Shown: piece by piece, positions 27,267 to 33,146 of the stretch
Layout of the letters: each line of letters begins with the position of its first letter
How positions within the stretch are numbered: the first letter of the stretch is position 1
DNA from: Planctomycetota bacterium
Lineage (GTDB): Bacteria; Planctomycetota; UBA1135; GCA-002686595
Length of the DNA: 33,146 nucleotides
Reading direction: 5' to 3'
NCBI GenBank assembly: GCA_031413895.1
Contig: JANOFY010000623.1
Location: forward strand, 1 to 33,146
Program-made: the position numbers and the translations under genes
Notes under the pieces: model-generated
Told to the model about the DNA's origin: nothing
Database searches by the model: none
What the model saw: only the letters and a program-made list of their open reading frames with translations

Positions 27267-28112
27267 TCACTTCCCGATCTGGTAGCGCACGAAGGCTTCG
27301 ATCTTCGCGCCCTTGCCGAACGTCGCGTCGGCGACCTTCTGCACGGTCGTGCTCTCGTCCTTGAACCACTTCTGCTCCGACAGAACGTTGTCCGCGTAGA
27401 ACTTGTCGAGCTTGCTCGCGACGATCTTGTCCTGCATCTCAGCCGGCTTGCCCTTGACCTCTTCGAGGTAGATCGCGCGCTCGCGCTCGATGCGCTCGGC
27501 GGGAATCTCGGCGCGCGACGACGCCGTCGGGTTCGCGAACACGATGTGCATGCACAGGTCCTTGAGCGCGGCCTGAGCCGTTTCGTCCGAGGCATCCGTC
27601 GTGACGGACACGAGAGCCGCTTTCTTGCCGTCGTGGTGCACGTAGCAGCCGACGCGCCCCTTCATGTTCTCGAAGCGTTGAAAGCGCGCGACCTGCGTGT
27701 TCTCGCCCAGCTTGCCGACGAACAATTGGATCGACTCGCCGAGCTTCGTCCCGGTCTCTGAGTGCTTGAACTCGAGCAGCGCTTCCGTCGCGGCCGGGTT
27801 CTTCTCGGCGACTTGCGAGCAGATCTCCTTGAGGAGAGCCATGAAGTCGTCGGTGTTGGCGACGAAGTCGGTCTCGCACGTCATCGCGACGAGCGCACCG
27901 ACGCGCGCCTTCGGGCCGATCCACGCGTGAACTCGCCCCTCACCCATCTCGCGCGACGCGCGCTTCTCGGCCGTCTTCAGACCGGACTTGCGCAGGTGAT
28001 CGACCGCGCCCTCGAGATCGCCACGGCTGGCTTCGAGCGCGCGCTTGCATTCCATGAGGCCGGCGCCGGTCCGCTCGCGCAGATCGCGCACCATGGCAGC
28101 TGTGATTTCCAT
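27267..28112 (-). CDS. tsf: Translation elongation factor Ts
   Basis: MEITAAMVRDLRERTGAGLMECKRALE… matches the EF-Ts N-terminal UBA-like domain. The remaining sequence matches too. ATG at 28110-28112 (an alternative ATG two codons upstream). Confidence 0.95.
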   Translation of the reverse strand: MEITAAMVRDLRERTGAGLMECKRALEASRGDLEGAVDHLRKSGLKTAEKRASREMGEGRVHAWIGPKARVGALVAMTCETDFVANTDDFMALLKEICSQVAEKNPAATEALLEFKHSETGTKLGESIQLFVGKLGENTQVARFQRFENMKGRVGCYVHHDGKKAALVSVTTDASDETAQAALKDLCMHIVFANPTASSRAEIPAERIERERAIYLEEVKGKPAEMQDKIVASKLDKFYADNVLSEQKWFKDESTTVQKVADATFGKGAKIEAFVRYQIGK

Positions 28113-28245
28113 TGTCATGTCTCGTCAGGATGCGGCTCCGGACGCGGAGCCTGGCTGGAACTCTATTCGTACGACGCGTCCTACGACGCGCACGGCGACG
28201 CGATGTGCGCGCGCCGCGGTTCGACGAGGACGCTCGCGCGTCTCG

Positions 28246-29151
28246 TCACTCTGTCGTTGCGTCGACGCCCGCAGCACCGCGGTTGCCGGCGAGCTCGACC
28301 GTGTCGTCGACGCCGACGGCGGCGCGCGCATGCGGCCGATCGTCGCGGCCCTCGCGGGCGGCCAGGCCTTCGGGCAGCCGATTGCCGCGCGTCGGACGCG
28401 GCTCGTCACCGACCGGCTGCGTGTCTTCGCGCTTCTCGGCCGAGCCCATCGACGCCGATTGCTCGCGGTGATTCGCGCAACCCTCTTCGACGGACTTGAC
28501 GAGCTGCTCCATGAGAAGCCGCACCGACTTCAGCGCGTCGTCGTTGCCGGGGATCACGATGTCGACTTGGCTGGGATCGCAATCGGTGTCGAGGATGCCG
28601 ATGACGACGAGACCCATGCGGCGTGCTTCGCGCACGGCATTGGCTTCGCGCGCCGGATCGACGACGACCATCGCGGCCGGGATGCCGAGCATCTCGCGGA
28701 TGCCGCCCAGGTTGCGCGTGATCTTGCGGCGCGTGCGGCGCAGGCTCGAGACCATCTTCTTCGAGTACTGGCCGAGCGTGCCGTCCTCCTCCATCCTCTC
28801 GAGCTCCTCGAGCCGCTTGAGACGGCTGCGGATCACGGAGAAGTTGGTGAGCGTGCCACCGATCCAACGCTCGGTGACGATCGGCATGCCGGTGCGCTGA
28901 CCGGCGTCTTGGATCACGCCCTTCACCTGCCGCTTGGTCCCGACCCACAGGATCGAAGAGCCTTCCGCGGCGAGGTTGTAGAGCAGATTCTTGGCGCGCA
29001 GCGTGCCTCGCAGCGTCTCGCGCAGATCGATGATGTGGATGAGGTTGCGACGCCCGTGGATGTACGGGACCATCTTCGGATTCCACCGCGAAACGCGGCA
29101 TCCGAAATGCACACCTGCATCGATGAGTTCTTGTACGGTGAGGTTGTCCAT
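28246..29151 (-). CDS. rpsB: 30S ribosomal protein S2, with ~60-85 aa low-complexity C-terminal extension
   Basis: MDNLTVQELIDAGVHFGCRVSRWNPKM…ILWVGTKRQ…VTERWIGGTLTNF… are canonical S2 motifs. ATG at 29149-29151. The C-terminus continues well beyond the usual S2 end (…REDTQPVGDEPRPTRGNRLPEGLAAREGRDDRP…). Confidence 0.9.
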   Translation of the reverse strand: MDNLTVQELIDAGVHFGCRVSRWNPKMVPYIHGRRNLIHIIDLRETLRGTLRAKNLLYNLAAEGSSILWVGTKRQVKGVIQDAGQRTGMPIVTERWIGGTLTNFSVIRSRLKRLEELERMEEDGTLGQYSKKMVSSLRRTRRKITRNLGGIREMLGIPAAMVVVDPAREANAVREARRMGLVVIGILDTDCDPSQVDIVIPGNDDALKSVRLLMEQLVKSVEEGCANHREQSASMGSAEKREDTQPVGDEPRPTRGNRLPEGLAAREGRDDRPHARAAVGVDDTVELAGNRGAAGVDATTE

Positions 29152-29717
29152 AGAAACTGATCGGTCGCAGCCGGAGAACGCCCCCGGTGTACCGTGCGCC
29201 GAAGCGTCGGCGCCGTCTTTCGCGTCGAATTGCATCACACCGTGACGTGCCGTGCGGGCAGGTGACGCGCGGCGACGAGCCGGCGGTCAACCCTTGGCAT
29301 TCACGGTGCGCGCCGGCGTTGCGTACCCCGCGCGATCGTCGCTTGCGACGAAGGAACCGAGGGCACGCTCACGGCGCCGGCGGCCTCGCGCTCGTCAGCA
29401 CCGCTCGAGACGCCCCCCGAAACGCAAGGAACACGACCCGGAACGAGTCCCGGACCAGGGTCTTCGAGTTCGAGGAGCGCCAAGACCTGGGTCTGGGCGC
29501 ACGAAGCGGGGCGAAATCTTAGCGGCGACCTCTGGCAAGTCAAACCGTTCGACGCCGCCCACGACCTCGCCGCAGGCCTTTCGGAGCGAATGTCGCTGGA
29601 CGAGCGCGCCGCTGCAAGCGTTTCAACGATCGTTCGAAACCGCCCGCGAACGGCCCCCCCGCGGTGCGAGATATACTTGCCGGCCGGACCCCTGACTTCG
29701 ATGGGAGCGGCCCCCTG

Positions 29718-30674
29718 ATGAGCTCCCAGCTGCCGATCTTGGTCTGCGACCACCGCGGCGAGGGTCTTTCGCAGCGCCTCGAGCCGCTCAGCGCCGCCGG
29801 GTTCTCGATCGAGATCAGCGAGCACGTGCGCGCCACGCGGGAGCGCCTCGCGGATCTGCGCCCGGCCGTGATCGTGCTCGATCCCTTGGCGGAAGGCGCA
29901 AGCGCGGAGCTCGAGGACATCGATCGTCTGCACGGCGGCGACACGCCGATTGCACTCCTCCTCGTCTTCGATCCCGCGGATCCTGAGCCGGCGCTGCGGA
30001 GCGCGCGCGCCGTGAAGAGCGACCGTTTCGCGCTCGACCTCATCCACCGCGGCGCGAGCACGAACGAGTTCCGGCTGCGCATCGAGCGCTTGTGCGAGCA
30101 AGCGCGGCACGACGGCGAAGTTCGCGATCTGCGCCACCGCGCGCTGCACGACGATCGCACCGACCTGCTGCGACCCAATGCCTTTCAACAGCGCCTCACA
30201 GAACACTTCTCCGCCGCCGAGCGGCACCAACTGGATCTCGCGCTCGTGCTGATCGACCTCGACGACTTCGGGCGCGTCAACAAGGTGTTCGACCACACGA
30301 AGGGCGACCTCGTGATCGCCAAGGTCGGCGAGGCGATTCGCGCGGCGCTGCGCACCGAGGACATCGCGGGCCGGATCGGAGGCGACGAGTTCGCGGTGAT
30401 GCTCCCCTACACGCGCGGAATCGAAGCCGCGCACGTCGTCAACCGATTGCGCGACGCGATCCAGGCACTCAGCAGCGGCCTCGTCGGCGCGGGAGCCACG
30501 GTGTCGATCAGCGCGAGCCTGGGCTTCGAGACCTTCGGCGGCGGCGACATCGACAGTCTCGATACGCTGCGCCGTCACGCCGAGATCGCGCTGCGCGAGG
30601 CCAAGCGTCAGGGCGGAAATCGCGGCGTCTATTACCGATCGCTCGACGAACGGCGCGCCGGCGGCGGGCGCTGA
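29718..30674 (+). CDS. Response-regulator-like receiver domain + GGDEF diguanylate cyclase (PleD/WspR-like)
   Basis: GGDEF active-site motif RIGGDEFAVML. Substrate-binding RVNKVFDHTKGD motif. N-terminal CheY-like segment (PILVCDH…AVIVLDP…) with some non-canonical positions. ATG at 29718; a GTG at 29664 is possible. Confidence 0.85.
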   Translation: MSSQLPILVCDHRGEGLSQRLEPLSAAGFSIEISEHVRATRERLADLRPAVIVLDPLAEGASAELEDIDRLHGGDTPIALLLVFDPADPEPALRSARAVKSDRFALDLIHRGASTNEFRLRIERLCEQARHDGEVRDLRHRALHDDRTDLLRPNAFQQRLTEHFSAAERHQLDLALVLIDLDDFGRVNKVFDHTKGDLVIAKVGEAIRAALRTEDIAGRIGGDEFAVMLPYTRGIEAAHVVNRLRDAIQALSSGLVGAGATVSISASLGFETFGGGDIDSLDTLRRHAEIALREAKRQGGNRGVYYRSLDERRAGGGR

Positions 30675-30729
30675 TCTCGCCGCGGCGACCGCGCACAATC
30701 CGAACCTGCGACTCGAGGCGCGCGAACGA

Positions 30730-32004
30730 TCAGCGGACGAGAATCATCCGCAGCCAATCAGCGCGATCGGCGACGTAGGAGTCAGCGTCCGCGTCGACTT
30801 CCAGAACGAGCTCATCGACTCCGGTGAGGTCGATCGCCGGAAACGCGATCGGCGCATCTCCACCGCGGACCGTGGGGCTCTGCCAACGCTGCGCGCCATC
30901 CGCGTGAATGCGGAAGACGACCGATCCGCGCGCCGGCAAGCGCAGGACCTGGTCATCGATCGCGACCGATCCGCGCAGCGAGCGCCACGTCTTCGCGAGC
31001 TTCCACTCGATGCGGCTGGGCGCGTGCACGCCGAGGCCGCGCGCGTACACACGCCCGCCGGCCGTCAGCGGCGACGCGGTCACCGATAGATCCACTCGGT
31101 GCGGCCAACGGATGCCGAGATCATCCCCGAACGGGGAACTCTCGACGGCGCGCGAGGGTGCGAGCGACGAAAGAAACGCGAGCGCGCCGTCGTCCACGAC
31201 GACCTCCGCGAGCGTCGCGATCGGGAGGTCGATCGTCTGACCGTCGACGAGCACGAGTCGGCAGCCGTTCTTCGAGAGCCGTTCGAGACGGCCGCGCAGA
31301 CGACTGGAGTCGGAGAGATCGACGACGAGCTGGACCTGGTCGCCCGAGGCGCTCTCGGCCGCGCGCTCCGCCGCTGTGTTCTCGATGAACAGCGCCGCCA
31401 CCTCGGACCAGGGGATCAGCTTCGTGCCGACGAGCGTGCCGCGGAATTGCACGCCCTCGCGCGTGAACTCCTCGACGCCGCCGTCGATCGCGTCGAGTAC
31501 TTCGCGCTGCCGGCGGTACAGGCGATCGCCCTCGGGGGCAGCCTTGGGCACCTCGGACCAGAGACCCTCGATGCGCGCGCCGAACGTAAGGCTCACCAGC
31601 TCGTCGAGCGTCACCTTGAGCTTCACGCCGCCGATCATGTCGACCTCCGCGACGTCTCCCGCGCCGCGCTGCACGCGGCCGAAGAGCACATCGCCGTTCC
31701 GGAACTCGACACGTGCGCGCGACTCTGCCACGACCGCGGAGGGCGCGCGTGGAGCTCCTTCGAAGCGAATCATGTGGCCGCCGAGCGTGCGCGGGTCCGT
31801 GCAGTCGAGAGCGTCGAGCGCGACCGACTTCATCGTTCCGTCGGTGGCCTCGATCAACGCTCGCGGTCCGCTCACTGTCGGCGCAGTCACCGGCGCGGTT
31901 ACGGCCTGCGGAGTCGTTGTTGGCGCGGTCGCTTGCGCCGGCACGGCGGGGACGGATGTGAGCGACGCGATCAGTCCGAGAAGGGCGGTAATAGAGGGGA
32001 CCAT
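30730..32004 (-). CDS. Secreted protein with C-terminal NPCBM-like (GH98-associated carbohydrate-binding-module-like) domain, 424 aa
   Basis: Signal peptide [25 protein letters not shown], then Thr/Pro/Ala linker. C-terminus …[14 protein letters not shown]…GSVAIDDQV…[23 protein letters not shown]…[28 protein letters not shown] resembles NPCBM domains. Confidence 0.55.
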   Translation of the reverse strand: MVPSITALLGLIASLTSVPAVPAQATAPTTTPQAVTAPVTAPTVSGPRALIEATDGTMKSVALDALDCTDPRTLGGHMIRFEGAPRAPSAVVAESRARVEFRNGDVLFGRVQRGAGDVAEVDMIGGVKLKVTLDELVSLTFGARIEGLWSEVPKAAPEGDRLYRRQREVLDAIDGGVEEFTREGVQFRGTLVGTKLIPWSEVAALFIENTAAERAAESASGDQVQLVVDLSDSSRLRGRLERLSKNGCRLVLVDGQTIDLPIATLAEVVVDDGALAFLSSLAPSRAVESSPFGDDLGIRWPHRVDLSVTASPLTAGGRVYARGLGVHAPSRIEWKLAKTWRSLRGSVAIDDQVLRLPARGSVVFRIHADGAQRWQSPTVRGGDAPIAFPAIDLTGVDELVLEVDADADSYVADRADWLRMILVR

Positions 32005-32068
32005 GGCGTCGAATTTCGGGCGTGAGTCCTGGCGGATCGGAGACGTGGGGCGCAGATCCTAAGTCGAT

Positions 32069-32124
32069 CCGGCGGCGCGCGGTATGCCGCTGCCAGTGTG
32101 GCAGCCGGCTCCGGAGGAACCTCG
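32069..32124. promoter_or_regulatory. Two related palindromic elements (CCGCTGCCA-GTG-TGGCAGC and CCGCTGCCA-ATC-AGGCAG) ~41 bp apart; candidate enhancer/operator sites
   Basis: Read directly. Both share the CCGCTGCCA half-site and a 7-N3-7 / 5-N5-5 inverted-repeat geometry. Located ~110-165 bp upstream of the sigma-54-like promoter and ~65-120 bp upstream of the divergent NPCBM gene start. Confidence 0.35.
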
Positions 32125-32210
32125 CTCCGCTGCCAATCAGGCAGTAGAGCTCCGTCTGGCTCGCAGCCGGAAATCCTTGCGCCTCCGTGAGTTGAACGCG
32201 TGCGGGTGAG

Positions 32211-32226
32211 CGGCACCGTTCTTGCT
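32211..32226 (+). promoter_or_regulatory. Sigma-54 (RpoN)-type promoter match cGGCAC-N5-TTGCT (−24 GG / −12 GC) oriented toward groEL
   Basis: CGGCACCGTTCTTGCT. Invariant GG and GC dinucleotides at correct 10-nt spacing, 5/6 + 5/5 consensus matches. Predicted TSS ~100 nt upstream of the groEL ATG. Confidence 0.4.
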
Positions 32227-32337
32227 TTCCAGCGCGACTTCCGCCGATTCCCGGAGTCCGCGCGCACCGTCGGCTCGCCGTGCGCCACGTGAATGCGCGC
32301 TCCGCAACCTCCCCGAACCTGAAAAGACCAAGGATCC

Positions 32338-33146
32338 ATGGCCAAGCAAATGGTTTTCGAGTCCGACGCGCGCGAAGCGATTCGCCGCGGCGTCGAGAAG
32401 CTGGCGAAAGCAGTCACGACCACCCTCGGACCGCGCGGTCGCAACGCGATCCTCGACAAGGGTTGGGGCGCGCCGACGATCACCAAGGACGGCGTCACCG
32501 TCGCCGAGGAGATCCAGCTCGCCGATCCCTACGAACACATGGGCGCGCAGCTCGTGAAGGAAGTCGCCAGCAAGACGAGCGACATCGCCGGTGACGGCAC
32601 GACGACCGCGACGCTGCTCACCGAAGCCATCTTCACGCACGGCCTGCGCGCCGTGACCGCCGGTGCCGCGCCTGCGCGTTTGACCAAGTCGCTGCGCGAC
32701 GGCTCGCAAGCCGTGATCGCCCAGCTCGACAAGATGTCGAAGTCGGTGAGCAAGAACGACGAGATCCGCCAAGTCGCGACGATCTCGGCCAACAACGACC
32801 CGCGCATCGGGAAGTTGATCGGCGACGCGATGGAGAAAGTCGGCAAGGACGGCGTGATCACCGTCGAGGACGGCAAGACGCTCGAGACCGAGGTGACCGT
32901 CGTCGAGGGCATGCAGTTCGACCGCGGCTTCCTCTCCCCGCACTTCGTCAACGACCCGAACACGATGGAAGTCGTGTTCGAGAAGCCGCTCATCTTGGTG
33001 TACGAATCCAAGATCTCGTCCGTGCAGAAGCTCCTGCCGCTGCTCGAGAAGGTGAAGCAGAGCGGCCGCTCGCTCCTGATCATCGCGGAAGACGTCGAGT
33101 CCGAAGCGCTCGCGACGCTGGTCGTGAACAAGCTGCGCGGTGTCGT
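32338..33146 (+). CDS. groEL: Chaperonin GroEL (Cpn60), 5' partial (continues beyond window)
   Basis: [94 protein letters not shown]… is a canonical GroEL N-terminus. AAGGA Shine-Dalgarno. No groES immediately upstream. Confidence 0.95.
   Translation, partial: MAKQMVFESDAREAIRRGVEKLAKAVTTTLGPRGRNAILDKGWGAPTITKDGVTVAEEIQLADPYEHMGAQLVKEVASKTSDIAGDGTTTATLLTEAIFTHGLRAVTAGAAPARLTKSLRDGSQAVIAQLDKMSKSVSKNDEIRQVATISANNDPRIGKLIGDAMEKVGKDGVITVEDGKTLETEVTVVEGMQFDRGFLSPHFVNDPNTMEVVFEKPLILVYESKISSVQKLLPLLEKVKQSGRSLLIIAEDVESEALATLVVNKLRGV

Noticed and set aside
29152-29717. Possible tmRNA, SRP RNA or RNase P RNA in the long rpsB upstream region
   Set aside because: Looked for tmRNA 5' GGGG…tag-peptide region, SRP domain-IV (AGGUCAGGUCCGGAAGGAAGCAGC-like) and RNase P P4 motifs; none present.
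32005-32337. CIRCE (HrcA operator TTAGCACTC-N9-GAGTGCTAA) upstream of groEL
   Set aside because: No sequence resembling CIRCE is present. The sigma-54-like match is reported instead.

Overview
This is a ~33 kb window from a high-GC (~70%) bacterial chromosome. Alternative start codons (GTG/TTG) are common and long spurious ORFs occur on the antisense strand. The lineage cannot be named from the sequence alone. The presence of glnS, an NfeD-flotillin pair and a sigma-54-like promoter suggests a Gram-negative, non-actinobacterial organism. The content is largely chromosomal housekeeping interspersed with accessory-like loci. Gene order from left to right:
- a secreted hypothetical protein;
- MFS transporter, pabB and pabC with overlapping stop/start codons on the minus strand;
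- two secreted proteins (one coiled-coil, one with a terpenoid-cyclase-like repeat fold) followed immediately by a XerC/XerD-type tyrosine recombinase;
- a glutamine-synthetase-family gene with an unusual AT-rich leader;
- a SAM-dependent methyltransferase;
- tRNA-Glu(UUC);
- a Trm112-like small protein plus a xylose-isomerase-like TIM-barrel protein;
- an NfeD-flotillin (SPFH) operon;
- pepP;
- a membrane protein;
- a translationally coupled ferritin-like di-iron protein and NodU/CmcH-family carbamoyltransferase, flanked by a convergent zinc-ribbon methyltransferase and a divergent DUF5989 (SxtK-like) 60-aa membrane protein;
- glnS;
- an LtaS-type membrane sulfatase;
- two tandem tRNA-Lys genes (CUU, UUU);
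- the conserved rpsB-tsf-pyrH-frr cluster;
- a REC-GGDEF diguanylate cyclase;
- a secreted NPCBM-domain protein;
- the 5' part of groEL, with no groES, preceded by a sigma-54-type promoter match and two upstream palindromes.
The most interesting signals are the di-iron/carbamoyltransferase/methyltransferase/DUF5989 module, the sigma-54-like architecture upstream of groEL, and a four-copy ~20-bp tandem repeat with GCGATCGC cores downstream of floT. No CRISPR array, obvious insertion sequence or known riboswitch was seen. My nucleotide counting disagreed with the ORF track by 1 nt near 1803-1870 (printed sequence versus track coordinates), so all coordinates here follow the ORF track and may be off by 1-3 nt.
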